Shown here piece after piece: positions 29,645 to 44,300 of a DNA stretch of 64,000 nucleotides. How positions within the stretch are numbered: the first letter of the stretch is position 1; each line of letters opens with the position of its first letter. The position numbers were made by a program, and so were the translations under genes. Where the stretch lies: assembly GCF_022539665.2 (NCBI RefSeq), contig NC_081333.1:682001-746000 (forward strand), written 5' to 3'. The stretch comes from Daphnia carinata. Its lineage: Eukaryota. The notes beneath the pieces were generated by a model that saw only the letters and a list, made by a program, of their open reading frames with translations, did not search any database and had not been told where the DNA came from.

Positions 29645-31306
29645 TTAATCGTTCTTCTTATGGGCATGCGTTTGGCCGTCTTCGGTCTTACTAGCTCTGG
29701 TTTCATTCTTGGCAGTTGAATCGGCACTTTTGCTTCCACCTCCGACAGCGCGCTGCATTGAATCCCATATGCCTCCGAAAAACACTGCGCAACACAGATT
29801 CTCGAAGGGAATGAATGGATCGTGTATCCCAAGCAAGAGTGACGACAACTAGTAATCACAGAATTTGACCAAATTAAATTTAAATGAAAAAATTATAACT
29901 TGACAAACAAGAATATTAATACCTTGAAGTAAACGAAGAAAATCACGATTCCGAAATAGACTAAGGCATGGGGTGCCGAGATCAATTCCGTTTTCTTGTC
30001 CAGAACAAAGATTATTGAGGCTACTATACATGCCTTGGTTGGGCTACAGAAAAAAATAATGTTACCTCGTGAAAAGAATTATTTTATCATCTAGATCTAC
30101 AAAAAATCACTTACAAACTTGGCTGTAAAAATTCGAACGCAGTTGGAGTCCACACACCACGGATGAGACGTTCCAAAATTTTAATAAAACCAGCACCATT
30201 TCCTAAAATTTGATTTATTTCGTTAATTATGCACATTTTATCAGACTTATACTCAGCGAAAATATGCGAAGGTTTTAATTTACCTTTAACTAAACCGGTT
30301 ATGAACAAAATCATCCAGGCGTTGGGGAACAATTTAGCTGCATGGTTTACCCCATCATATACTTTCTTACATCTGTATTGTAAAATTTGTGTTTAGCTAT
30401 CCTTCTAACAAACTGGTACAATATAACTTACCTGTAGACTTCTTTCATGGCTGCAATCACTATTTTGACAGGGAGGAACTTTGACAGCTTGTAGACAACA
30501 TCAAATGGTGAGTAGAACATTGCATACCACACTGCAGTAGCTAGCAAGACAGCTTGAGTATTTCTGAATGGAGTCAAAAGTGGTTCACCAAGGAATAGGG
30601 AAGCCAAAAAACCTCCAGCAAAAACAACCATCATAGTTGACAGCCAGCAAGCTATCGGATGTTTCCGCGAAAAAGGGATGGAGCCTGCACAGCAATTAAA
30701 TAAAATCAGTGCAGTTAGTCAGGTTGAATAATACACAAATTTCAATGGAGAAAATATTAATGAAAATTATTTAGATTTATAGCCTTGGCAAAATATACAA
30801 TGTTAATGTTAAATTTGACAAAATCAAGATCATGATACACTACATTTTGTTAAAACTTTACCCTGTTGATCATTCTATAGAATACAAAAATATCCTTCTG
30901 CAACAAAAGGGTCTAGCATATGGGCTGAGGCTAAAAATAACTTTTCTATCCAGTATGAACTAGCTCAAAAGAAGGTCAGAAAACAGTAACTAATGGTAAG
31001 TACATTTTGTCAAATAATACTCCATACCAAAGGTATACATATGTAACCTTTCAAAGTATTAAGATAATTATGGAAAGATAAGCTGTTATTTACCACTTCC
31101 CAAATCTTCTCGAACAGCCAAACAGCACATGACACAATGGGCAATATCAAAATAAGGCCACATTTTTAATTTAGTGACCTGAAAATTTAGAAAATGGAGT
31201 TTATTTATCTGCTTTAAGTAAACTTTCTATAACTTGAGGTCAATATAAAAAAATTAAAATTTCTTACCTGATTTGCAAGGTCCAAAAAAGCTTCTGGGTC
31301 AATCAT
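29645..31306 (-). CDS. TMEM38: Trimeric intracellular cation channel (TRIC / TMEM38 family), 7 coding exons
   Basis: MIDPEAFLDLANQ|VTKLKMWPYFDIAHC..|..FSRKHPIACWLSTMMVVFAGGFLASLFLGEP..WYAMFYSPFD..MKEVYR|CKKVYDGVNHA..|GNGAGF..RLIRGVWTP..EFLQPSF|PTKAC..|..DPFIPFEN..KKND*. Confidence 0.93.
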
Positions 31307-31700
31307 TTTTGCTGTGGTACACAACTCACGATATTGAACAAAAGGTACAACGAAAAGTTGATTGATTTAATTCGTTAACTTTATTCCTGATTCTATTATT
31401 AGGACTATCCAATATCGTGCAGCAGGCTTGGAGGAGCGCGGAACACTGATCTAGGCTTCCGGGATCTGCCGGCTATCAGAGCTGCTATCGTCTGCTCACG
31501 GACTGCTATATCTATTGGCTCACATTTCACGAGGATCGTGGTTGTCTTTGAGTAGAATGAGTATAGCTCCTTAATAGCTAGCTAGGTAAGCGTTGAACAA
31601 TTTTTGGTCGATCACTCATACAATTGATTTAAAGATAATGCTAAGCCATGAAAAAGTTAGTGCATGCCATCTGTTGTCACGGCCATATGTTGATTTCGAT
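31300..31700. promoter_or_regulatory. Probable bidirectional promoter for TMEM38 (-) and the PDE7-like gene (+)
   Basis: TMEM38 ATG at 31306 on the minus strand. Plus-strand donor AG|GTAAGC at ~31586 is followed by small AG/GT-bounded segments (31923-31967, 32621-32671) pointing toward the PDE exons. GCCATCT motif at ~31666. Linkage to the PDE gene is inferred. Confidence 0.4.
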
Positions 31701-34511
31701 AACGGTATCAATCACAACATTATGATGAAATCCAGCATTTACCTGTCAAAACCAAGGAAATGACATTTGGGTAATGCACTAGATTGTAGGTTACATCGAA
31801 TTAGACCTAGTATATGCTATAATATCATATTGACTTTATCTATTCCGTTTCTCGTAGTTCTCATTATGGAAAGCAAAAGCTTTGCGATCAAAACATACCG
31901 TTATCTTTTTTCCGCTCCACAGATACTCATTGTTGTGACTTAGTGACCATCATTATTTGATTCAGAGGTAAAGAAATTCTTTACTGTATTAACCTCATTG
32001 TGGTGTCCCTGTAAAATGCTTAGAAATTTTAAAGCATAATTCAAATAAATAAGAAGCCAAGAAATTCGAAGAAATGAGTAAGCGCATGACGAACGTTATA
32101 ATGAATATATTATTAGAAAGCTTTTTTTAAGAATCAAGATTACTGCTGTTTATGTCATTTCATACTCTTATTGTTGATCTACTATGCTGCTATCTTAAAC
32201 TTTTCTTTTGGGTTTGTATTTTTCCAGAATTCCGGAGCTCATCTTGTATTGTTCCTGTAACGAAAGTCACTTTGTAGTTGAAATAATGACCGTTAGGTGG
32301 CAAAAAAATTGTCCGTTAAAATGTAAAGTATGAAATGTAGGCCAAATGCTTAATCTTGGCTCGGTCGAGGTGAGGGAGACGTGCCAGAGTGAGGGCGCTT
32401 GTGTTTAGGCTGCTTGTGTAAGTGGGAGAGTGAGTGTGTTCTGGCTGTTCATAACTCTTGTCTGTATGGCAAAATTCCTTTAACTTGCGTTGATTCAAAT
32501 ATTTTATGTGTATGTGGATTGTACTGTAGCAGTTGGAGTGGAGGGCAAATCACGTTTTCCCTCTTTCTTTTACATGTGTGCATGTGTACACTTTCAGTTT
32601 CCACTTCGTTTTTCTGACAGCTTGAATGGTTTGGACCCGTTTTGATTTCATCTGCAGCCTTACTCAGCGAGGTAAGTTTGACCGTGCCTTTTGCTATTCC
32701 CTTTGATGACTTGCTGTTCCTGTCGTTTTCAGCTTACAGCCTTAGTCCTATATGGTAGCAAAACCCAGAAAATCTCTTTGAGCCTCGTTTTTTTTCTCCC
32801 CTTTTCTTTCGTTTTTTGCCTTGTAAAGTAAGAAAAAGGCTGCCATATTTCTTTTCTAGCGGCGAAAGGACAAGAGTTTCTGCATTAAATTGTATGAAAA
32901 TCAAGGGTCTTGATTCGGATGAGATTTCAGTCATTCTGCTTGTTTATCGATGTGCTCTGCGATTAAGCTATCACAAGTGTAGGAATCGATCCGTACAGTT
33001 TCTTTATGTTAAAAAAAAAAAAAAAAAAAAAGAAATATTCGGCTATTGCTTGTTTTCTGAGGCATCGTTTTACAGGCATTAGTCAATATTCTGCTAGGCA
33101 CCTATTCCCCCCCCCCCCCCCTTTTTTTTTCTCTCTTTATTTACACATTCCATTAAGTTTTTGTTTTGTTTTTGTTAAACTTGGTGCTTCGGCTTGTGGC
33201 TGGGTGTTAACGACAAAGTTTAAACTAAATAGTTGATGTTTGGAAGCAAATTGACTAATGTGGTAAATAGTGTGGTAATGATAAACCCTTTGATGACGGA
33301 TAGATGTTGGTGCCTAGTCTTGTGGAAACCTATACTTTTCGGACAGATCGGATCATCTGTTTGGCGAGGTGATAAACTAGAAAAAATGCTGCCCTTCACG
33401 ACGTGCTTCCTCGGTGGAAGCAGAGAAAGGAATTTCGTATTGCTCACCAATATGCCCGTTTCGGTCTCCACGGATAACCAGGTAGTTCTAAAAAAAAAAA
33501 AACCCGAAAAAGTGTTTTGGCTGTCGCCAAATGACTTTCTTAGTAATGTGATTGCCATGTGATCGCCACTTTTTTCATGGCCTTTTTTGTCATTTAATGT
33601 TCAATTAAAATCGACTTTAACTTTGAACATTAAATAAATCGCATAGTTTTGCTATGCAGTTAGCTCGCAGTAGTAGGCAGGCAGATGCCCCACAGCAGTT
33701 TTGTGTGCCCAGAATAAAAAAAAAAAAAAAAAGAGGATATTTATGGCGGAATTTTTACGATTTAGTTCTAACAGCGTCTTTGGCATCGAAAATCACGTCA
33801 ATTTCCATATGCATATACATATCTTTCTTTTTTTTTTTTTTGTTCCATCGGCTCACAAACTTTCTGCGGCGGCGCACTGGAAAAGACCAAATATCAATTG
33901 CGTTCGTTAGTGGAAAAAGAACGATCTAATGATAGAGATGAGCACGTCTAGATGTTGCGGCGACTTCTTTTTTGTCCCTCGTCCCCCTCCCTCAAATGTA
34001 CTCCCTGACTTTCTGGTAATTAGAAGGCGAAGAACCCTAGGAACTCGTTGATATAATTCCCCCATAGTTGCTGACTAGATTATTATTTTTTTTTTTTCTT
34101 TTTACCGACATCGTCCGCTCCTTTTCAACTGGATGGAAACAGCAGCGTAGACGCGATACTCGAAGAGAACGAGGTACTCATTGAGCCGTTGTATTTTTTT
34201 TTTGGATCGATTCGCTTCGGCGACAGTCAAACGGAACGAGAGTGACAGATTGGCGAATGCTTAAAAAAAGAGAGGAAAAGTCTGTGGATTTCATAGGTGG
34301 AAACACCTAAAGAATAAAAAAAAAAAAAAGAAAAGAAAGACGACCGATGCTGCTACTTACTGTTATAGCTCCATTCCGTCGAGCTCCCGTCAAGTCTCAC
34401 GATCACTTAAAAGGCCAACGTATGGGAGTACAAGTATGGAAAGACCCATTCCGAGCCAGAGTAGATGCTTCCCTTCATAGTTTAGACATTGGGCAGACAA
34501 CGTTTCTTTTC

Positions 34512-34512
34512 T

Positions 34513-34546
<34 letters not shown>

Positions 34547-34552
34547 TCTCTC
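34512..34552. repeat. (CT)n microsatellite
   Basis: Run of ~20 CT units with one interruption. Confidence 0.9.
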
Positions 34553-37500
34553 CTTGTTGTGTACAATAATATATCGTGTAGGGGGGATTCGTAGTGTCGA
34601 CTAAAAAAGGAGTCTGTCGTTGAACACCATTGATCTGAGCTGTGACGGTAACATCGCTGCACGCAGCCTCCCTTCCAATCGTTTGCCAGGAAGATATTGT
34701 GTGACAGGATGAGGGAGTGTCGCCAGTGTTGCAGAGGATGCGCACTCGAATCAGTGGATCGCCCGCTCCATCTTTCCGTAGTCATAGTAATCGTGGAGAA
34801 ATAAAAAAAAAAAAAAGAATTAGAAAGATTTTTGCGTTTTTTCCAGTCCGGAGCGGAAACACTGGCAGGATTGACTCACAGTTTTTCGCTTTTGCAGTAT
34901 ATATCAATTTTACGGTCGAACAGTTGTAAAATAAAAAAAAAGAAAATCCCATCCAGTTTACATTGAAAAGCAAAAGAAGGAGAGAGACAAGCAAGGAGGA
35001 AAAAATAAATTGTCAACATGGTGAATCGGTGAATCATGTAAGGAAAGGACGAGACGATAAGCGATGCTTGTCAGTGTGGGTGTTGCGTCAGTGATGGGAT
35101 GACGGGGAATTTCAACAGTGAATTTCTTTGATACGAATCGTAACTCGCAATGCCCAACTTGTGGCGAATGGTTGGTAGATGTTTCTGTGGCTGCCCGCGT
35201 TCGTCCGAATCCAAAACGGCCGATTCCACCTTGGTTGAAGTAATTCGTGTTTTTTCTTTGATCTCTGAATAATAACCCATTGCGTTTCCTGCCCTCTCTC
35301 TGCCAATAACTCAATCTTCCATTTGATCACGTGACTGCCTCTCTATTTCAACCGGAAACGTGGTTGAGCGGTCGAATCGATAGACGGCGACGCTGTCTTG
35401 ATTATCGATTGGTTCTTCCCTTCCGCCGGATCTGAATTTCATTTTTACATCCGTCCACGACATACAAAGCCAAGGCTTTTCAAGGATTCCACCTCAATGA
35501 TTTAAGCCCGCTTTATATTTCACTGTATTTTTTTTTTTTTTCTTCTAAACGATAAATCACAGGTGGAAACAAGTAGGCGTGTGTAGAATGCTTCAATCGA
35601 ATTCCGCTTGAGATAAACAAGAACTCACTCTTAATAGTGTAATTCATACATTTTTAACATTCGCTCAAAAACGAACGCTTAAAAAAAGGAGAAGGGAGGG
35701 CGGACATGGAACTTTAGTATATGCAAACGGCATCGGTCGTCAATAATGAGCGACTGTTGAGGGTTATGTTGCGCACCGTCAAAAAGTGTCGAAGTTGACT
35801 TGATGTCTTTTCGTTTTCCAGTTTAGTGCGCGCTTCCCTTTTTTGTTTTGTTTTTTTTTGTTCCTCCATCCTTTATTTTTTTTTTTATTTTCTCTGCAAA
35901 AGTGCTAAGTGTCTTCTTTCCATATCGTGAATTGGCTATGGAAATGGGCAGCGGTAGGCCCCCGCGATGATGAATGCAAACGGGCTTGTAAGCGGCGCCG
36001 CATGCTCCGCAGCCAAACGGCGCCTGGCTCTAGGATATGAAAACTATATACGCTCGAGGCTGCCGTTGATTGGCCTAATGACGTCCTGAGGAAAAAGAAA
36101 CTTTTCAATAACACAGAGAGAAGTTGTGAAGAAGAAAGAAAAAAAAAAAAAAAAAAGAAAGCCATACAGTCATGCCAGTGGGTGTTTGGCGCCTACCGAT
36201 AATGGGGTACCATTGGGTTTTCTAAACAATTACAAAAAAAAAAAAAGAAGAGGAGAAAACGAAACAACAACAAGAAGAAAAAAAAAGAAAAAAAAAAACA
36301 ACTTATTTTTCTCCTCTTTATATATTTTAAACTTACATTGTATTTCGCTTGGCTCATCGTCGTTTGCCGCCATTTGTGTCTCTTAAAGATCACCAAGTGC
36401 ATATTCAAATGCATTCAATCACGGCAGCCTCACAACCCCCCTCCTCCCCAAACCCGCGCCGGCTGTCGGATTCCTTTTGATCAGACATTCCACTTGATCA
36501 AGCCATAAAAGATGGATTAGCAAAAGGGGAGGGGGAAATCAATCAGTCGCAAGTCCGACATCCTCCAACTACTCAGACTTCCCTTTTTGTTTTTGTTTAA
36601 AAAAAAAAAAAAAAATCGTTTTCTTGTTGTTTTCAATTTATTCTCGGACACGGTGAACTGTCGGGAATGACGAAACAGTCAGCGCCGAGCGTTTGTGTTT
36701 CTCTCGGTGTCGATGTTACCACTCACTTTGGGTCCGTCCTCTTGTTGTTGCTTCACGACAACGTGCCCAAAAGGGCAGCTATTTTTATTGAACGTGAATG
36801 CATATCGATTGCAGTCGCATAATGAATGTTGGATGCCATTGATGGTTTCTTGGCGGTCAGCCCGAAAGCTTTGCCTTCCAAGAAACGGTGACATTCAGAA
36901 GCAAGTTCCTCTTGCCTTATTTTATTTTTATTTTATTTTATTTTATTTTTTTTCTCTCTCTTTTTGTGTGTGTGTTGCTGTTATTGCTTTTATTTTTGGG
37001 GGGTCCTCGGCATTTGGACCTGCCTCAGCCAAAACAAAAGGAAATGGTTGGATAGATGGAGTGTGCAGGCCATTTCCTGTTGGAGACTTGTTTTCTTCCT
37101 TTTCTCCCCTCTCCTTTTAATTCCTATACATATTTCTTTTTTTTTTTTTCTTTTTCATTTGCACACCAGTCTACTAATGGCGGGGATTCTCTCTCTCTCT
37201 CTTTTTCCCTCTCATCGCCAACCCATTCTTTTATTACGATATATACTCTCAGCGGTGGTGATATGGCGGTGGCGTTTCAAAGATGCTGCTAGACGCACAT
37301 ACACACCGCTGGCGACTGTTTATCGATTTCCGATCGTGAGGCAGCTGTCGTTGAACGTCACTCTTCTTCTTTAAAAACAAAAACAAAAACAAAAAAGAAA
37401 GGGGTGAAAATGGAACTGGATCATTGATCGGCTCCGTTCATTCGGTCACCGTAAAGGAATTGTATGTTAACGGCGTGCAGACGGACCAAAAAAAAAAAAA

Positions 37501-39597
37501 AAAAAAAAAAGCGCTAGGCTAAAAATATCTCACGTCTTTGAATTGGGAAAATTTGTGCGTCGGTTTAAGACATATGGCCCTTTTCGACTGGCGAACTTGT
37601 TGGCGCTATGTGAAAAAAGAAAGAATAATGTTATGCATAAAAAAAAAAAAAAAAAAAAAAAGAGGAAGGGGGAACGAATTGACCGCCTCGGGACAGAACA
37701 TTGTTGAATGACTTTCGGGAATGGTATTTATCGCTTTTGCAAGTCGTTGGCTAATCAATCCAATCAGATGAAACTGGCTCGGTGGAGGCCAATTCACGAC
37801 GTCGCCACCGGGCCAAGCCAATGTTGTATAGCATAATAATGATCGGGAGATATAGACGAAAAAAGGCACAAGAGAAAATTTCTTGCTTCTTCTATAGAGA
37901 GGAGACGTGGGTTTGGGAACGGGAAAGAAGAAGAAGAAGAAAAAAAAAAATGGTTACATTGAGAAGGAGGGTCGTACCGATTTGCCGACTCAACGGCGCC
38001 ACACGAAGTCTACTGGCTGGCACACACACACACACACACTCACTAGCCGACCGACATTATAGCCGTCGACAAGCCAAACTCGCAGCCGTATGCAGCGAAC
38101 ACGATAGTTTTTCTTTTTTTTTTTTTTTTTTTCTTTGAATTTTTGAGGAAATGTTTTTTTTTTTTTTTTTTTTTTTCGTTTTCTTTCATTATCATTTATG
38201 CCGTTTTTTTTCTTTTTTTTTTTTTTTTCGTTTTATTTTTCGGTTTCCGTCTATAGACTATTCGATTTCCCTAACAAAGGGTAATAGGAGTCACAAAGGA
38301 ACATGATGGCTCACCTGTTGGAGCAGGCTCTTGCTTTCAAAAAAAAAAAAAGAAAGAAAGAAATAGATGTATTATGTTCGGCCTGGGAAATGACGGAGGG
38401 GAATAAACGGACAGCGACATTTGTCGTGGCTTTCCTGTTTATCTTGCAAGTGGACTCTCGATTGCTATTTTCGAACGACTCGAGAAAAAAAAAAAAAACT
38501 CTGTCTGTCTGTAAACAAATCAATGAATGTTCGCCCTCCCATTTTTACCGTGATCTATAGCTTGTTAGCTAGGGTGCAACTCTAGACGGGAATTCTTTAT
38601 CACGAATATGCATAGGCGGACGACAGAAACACATGGAAAAGATGAAACATGGAGGGAAAGAAAACAAAAACAAAACGAAAACATTCTTTTTTTTTTTCTC
38701 CCCAACATTTTTAAGACGTGAGTACGCACACGCGAGAAAGAAGAAGAAAAAAAAAACATCGCCCCGAGTAAGTTGCTTGCATTCCTTTCTAACATGGGGT
38801 TCGGCAACCTGACGGATGACGGCGCGACTGATCAGCTGATTGGACTCCCGAGTCGTACCGCCCCAAAAAACGAACGACACGTTTATCGTTGCCTCCCCGC
38901 AATCAGCCCGAGATGCACAGCCAAAAAAAAAAAAAAAAAAAAAATACTTACTGAAGAGGAAAACATTTGAAACTTAACTTTAAAAAAAAAAAAACTTCTT
39001 TTGCTAACTGTCGACTGAACTCGGATCGACTCGTTAATTTCCCGAATATGCGTTCACAAGGCTCATTGATTTTTTTCTAGACTTAAAAAGTATTTCATTT
39101 TCTTTTTCAATTCTTGCTTTCCTCCTTCGCTTGTCCATTCCTTCTTTTCTTCCTCCAGACCTTTTTGTTTATCATGTTGCCCTCGCCGTTGCTTCCATCT
39201 GCGCCCGTATTGCTCGTCAGCGTCTTTGCTGGATCGGCTGCTTAACAGTCGGCTGCAAGCTAGCCAACGACACACGTTAAACCGATCGGCGGCTTACTGA
39301 ACACGCTTCCCCATGTTTCTGCATTAAATTAAGACCAGCTTCGGTTCAGTTCCTTTCTCGGCTGCACTAAATAGCTACTGCCAACTTTGATTATCGCCAC
39401 GACGAACAAGTGCTGGATTTCGATGGGCGAACTAAAGTGGCGGATAAATTATCAACCTGTTCAAAGTGTGCCAGCGTTTCTTAAAGCCAGAAAAGAAGGA
39501 AAGTTTTGATGAATAGCAGTTTCCGCAAAAGATCCTAAGATGCGTGTCGGCGATTGTTCCTGAGAAAAAAGAATTGTAGGTTGTGTCTCCTCGCGGA

Positions 39598-39633
<36 letters not shown>

Positions 39634-41389
39634 ACGACCGAATCACGTGAACACACAGTTACCTAGTAAATCTTTCTTTTGGACAGTTGTGAGCAAGAAT
39701 AGAAGCAATCAAAATTTATTTATTTATATATATATATATATTTTATTTTTTCCAATGATGGCATTCCGTGTTTTTCCTTTTTTTTGCCAGACGGTTGTTA
39801 ATGTGAAAGGTTCTTAGCCAATGCAAACACAGGCGCCGATTTAATGTGGGTTTATTTGATTGAAACATTTACCATGACCTATATCTTCCCCAATCTTCCT
39901 AGCAAATTCGTAAATGGCGCTGAAAATGCATTTTCTTTTCGGCAATCTTAAACATTCAGAATATTTAAACGGAGATTTGTTTTGTTTTGTTTTGTTTTTA
40001 ATCGTACGCTCGGTCCTAATGTCTGCTAAATAACATGTGGGCTCGAAAAAAGCCGCCATATCTTTTTCTTAAATAATCGTTTTCCTTTCGAAATGCAACA
40101 TTGTTCTCGAATCTTTGCAATTGAGGGAAACAGGTTACAAATAATGCAACTACTCGTTGGCGGTTTCGAGTAGTCGGGGTCACGCCTTCGTCAGCGTGAG
40201 AGGTCCCTCATCTTAGAGTGTATGTGCAATGTAATGCTACGGCACGTACTTGTGCCCGTTTCGGCCTTCAAAAAAGACAAAAAAAAAACAACAACAACGA
40301 AAACAAAACAGATGTGTTATCAACTTTTCATGGGGTATTCCATCGATTGTTGATTGTTATCTTCTTCCTGTGGTTGTTTTATTTGCGCCGTTGTTTTATG
40401 TCCGTGCCTGGCTTTTTCCACATTCTTACCTAGATGTTGCTTAAATCATGACATGCTACGGATGGTCAACCCGTCTAGAAGCCCCGAAATATTTTGTAAC
40501 AAGTGCCGTGTTCCATTGTTCATACGTGGCTACGATTTGGAATTAGTGTCAGGGTCTTTTTCTTCTTCTAACCCATGCTGTTGTAGTTTGTTTTTTGTTT
40601 CCTTTTGTCGAAGAGTATTTCTTTTTTTTTTTTTTTTTTTTTTGTGCGAGTACTAACGAACTGCGTCATGGCGTCTGACGTGACCCTCCTATCCTTAATT
40701 GCCATCGACTGGTCCTCTTTGAGGATTGATTTGTCTGTTTCCCAGCCAAACGCAATGGCCCATTTAACACTTTCCCAAATAACTCAAGTGTGGAAACTGT
40801 CGGAATCGAAATCGCGTCTGAACTTTAAAACCGTTTTAATTGTCTTTCGTTAACGATAAGCGTCAGGTGCGGGACTTCGACGGCTAGACGTTGCAAAGAA
40901 TTTTTGTTTCCATAGAAAAAAAATATCTTGAAGTCGACTGTTATCCCCGCCGGGAGGAGGAAAAAAAAACGCGTCGGAAATGTTTGAAAAGCAATTAAAT
41001 AAAACAGGATGCATTGATTATGCAAATTTCCCGGTCGCGTATCTCAAGCCTTTCCTTCTTGAACCCGAATTAAGCATTTTTTTTTTTTTTCCGCCTTATA
41101 CCAGTTTTCCGGTTACGCGTTAACTGCTGAGTGTTGCAGAAGATTATGCAATTTTTGGACTGAACTCTGGAATAGATAATGTCCTTGATTACGATTACGT
41201 TTCAGCTCCTTTGTCTCGTCCGAAAAAAAGAATGCCGATTGAATTGTGTGCTGGCGACCTTCGCTTCTTTTCCTATTTGCCTTTAGCGTCACTCTTTAGA
41301 CTCTTATCGTTCATGTGATTTTTGTTTTTTTTTAAATTTAATTTTCGATTGTTTTTCTTTTGTTTCCCCTCCATGACTGGCCACAACAG

Positions 41390-44300
41390 AGCAAAGCTTC
41401 GTTCACCTTTACCGAGAGACCTGCATGGAATAAGGCACAGCTGAAAGGTAACACGATCTTTTTTTTTTTCGTCTGCTCGGCTTCGTTACCTTACGAAGGC
41501 AATAGAAATAAACGCGTTGAACAATGACGAAATTGTATTTAATAAATAGTTATTTTCTTTCTTTCTGTTTTTTTTAATAGGTCGTCAAGTCACTAGCCCA
41601 TCTACGAACAAGCCCCTCCACATGCCAGATCTAGCCGAGGAATCTAAATCTCAGTCGGTATGTTATTTAATCGTTGATTGTCGGAATTTTCACCACTTCA
41701 TTTTCTTGATTGCTTATCGATTGGATTCGGTCACCTGTTCTCCGACATCTGGATCCTGAGTGCAGCTAGAGAGACAGGTGCGCCCATGCTGGTCTCACAG
41801 CGGTCGGTTTCTCACGCTGCACAAACGACGGAAAAAAAGGCCACCCACTCGGGCTATGACGTCGGACCAGGCCCTCCTTGATGACCTCTATCACGGCCCC
41901 ACGCATGTTAGTTGCTTATCTTTATTTTATTATATATATTTTTTTTTCTCTCTCGATGCAATCACAGCATCTACACGGCTTAATGCGTATTGAATCGATT
42001 CAACTCATCGATTTGGCTTTTGTGCGGTGTTGTTGCAGGTACTTTTGGCGAGAATCAGCGAATGGCCTTTCAACGCTTTCGCCCTGGACAGAGCTACTGG
42101 GGGTAATACACCCTGTGATGAACCGGCCCCCCCTTTTTTTTTTTTTTTCCTTTTCATTATTCATTTGATTATGTTTTGCTATCAGGACGACCTCTACCAA
42201 CCCTCTGCTTCCATCTGTTTCACCATTACGGACTAATGGCGCACTTTCATCTCGATCCTGTCAAAGTCTGGAAATTTTTTAGTAAGTCAGCCTCCTTTTC
42301 GCATGAGTCATTATTGAATGGCGTACAATGTCTAATCTCATCACTAGGTCTAGTAGAAGAAGGCTATCACAGCAACAACCCTTATCACAACGCCATCCAC
42401 GCTGCTGATGTCACACAAGCCATGCACTGTTTCCTTCAAGAAGAAAAGGTGATTTTAAAGATTTGCATTCATTTTTCATATCTTCAACATTTTATATTTG
42501 TTTGTTTATTTATTTTTTTTTTTGTTTAAATATCGATTCCAATTTCAGATGCGTCGCCATTTAACTCCACTGGAAATTGCCGCCTCACTAATTGCTGCCA
42601 TGGCTCATGATCTGGACCATCCTGGTGTTAATCAACCATTTTTAGTGGCCACTTCCAATCATTTAGCGTCTCTCTATAAAGTGAGCTTTTTTTTTCTTTA
42701 AAATACAGATGATTGATGAGGGGGGGAAAGAAAAAGGTCATTACAAAGAGATTACATTTTTTTTTTTTTTTTTTTTTGTAGAACGCTTCCGTGCTAGAAA
42801 ATCATCACTGGCGGTCGGCTATGGCTTGCTTAATGGAAAGTGGGATGATGGACGGTCTGGAACGCACTTCGGCTCACGAGTTACAGCGTCAAATCCAGTC
42901 GCTAATTTTGGCCACTGATATCGCTCGGCAACAAGAATTTCTCAGCGCATTTCAAGTACTTGGCCATTTGATTCCGCCCTTGTAAATTAGCTTTTATTTA
43001 ATCGTTTTTCGCTTTCCTTTTGTGTGTGTGTGTGTGTGTGTGTGGGCTGTACGAGTTTAACAGATGTTTTTTTTTCTCCATGTTTTTTTTTTTTTACAGG
43101 GATTTTTGAACAATGACTCGCTGGATATGCGAACGGGAGATCACCGTCACTTTATGCTGCAAATTGCACTCAAGTGCGCCGACATCTGTAACCCCTGTCG
43201 TCCCTGGGAAGTAAGTCGTGCTTGGAGTCTGCAAGTCAGTGAAGAATTCTATCGCCAAGGAGACCTGGAACGACGTTTGGGCTTGTCTGTCACACCATTG
43301 TGCGATCGCTACACTTCGTCCGTTTCAAAGATCCAGACTGGGTTTTTCCGATTCATCGCCGCTCCTCTTTTCGAAGAGTGGCACCGCTTCCAAGCCACTC
43401 CACTCTCTTGGAGCATGTTGAACTACCTCCGCTCCAACAAGGTAATGAATTCGCTTGTTTTTTTTGTTTTTTTGTTTTTTTTTTTGTTTTCAATCGATAA
43501 AATTTAGACATATTTGCGGTGCTAACGTGTGTTGGTATTGTTTCAGCTTAAATGGGATTCCATCTTGAATGGCGAAGAAACGGGTGACGCAAGTTTGGCC
43601 GAGCATCAGCTGCGCGATCCGGCCTGGTCGGAACTTGGCGTTTTGGAAATGGGTATCGAAAAAATCCACTTGAGGAGGGCGTCGCTACCTGTCGGACGTT
43701 CTGGTCTGTGGACGTCGAACACTGCCAATTCTTCTCGAGTGTCGGATGTCGAACGCTCAATGGAGGAGGACGGCTGCAACGTCGTCACGGAGTCTTCTGA
43801 TGTAGAATCTCACCCGCTTCGATCTCTGTTACCGGTTGAAAACCATGATGATTCCAGCCTGCCTGATTGCGTCGCTAGCGACAACGCGCAGACAGCAGAT
43901 ATTTCTCGACTTCCTGTTGGTCTTCCAGCACGCCTACCTCATCGGCGGGAGAGTCTTCCCTTCAACTTTCCTGATCGGTCTCGACCCGAATGCTTTCTGA
44001 GGCAAGGACGGCGGGAGAGCTTACCAACCGATTGTTCGAGAACTTTGAATGCCTCCGACGTTCTTCCTGAATTGAACATCACCTCAATGGCGCCTCTACC
44101 TTGGAAGAAGGAGAAGAGGGCTAGTCAGCCCAATTGCGTTCAACCAGCTACCTCTGTTCCGTCCACTTCTTCAGATCCAACTTTCGGATGCGCAGATGAG
44201 AAAGAGAATATCGTTTCGACTGCCTATCTCAAAACGGTGACACAGTTGAAGGCCTAGTCTAATTTGTTTTGTCGGTGTCATTTAGTTTAACGTTGCGTTT

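Noticed and set aside
32734..41025. Numerous 60-140-aa ORFs rich in K or F
   Set aside because: Produced by poly(A)/poly(T) and dinucleotide tracts in intronic DNA; no coding signal.
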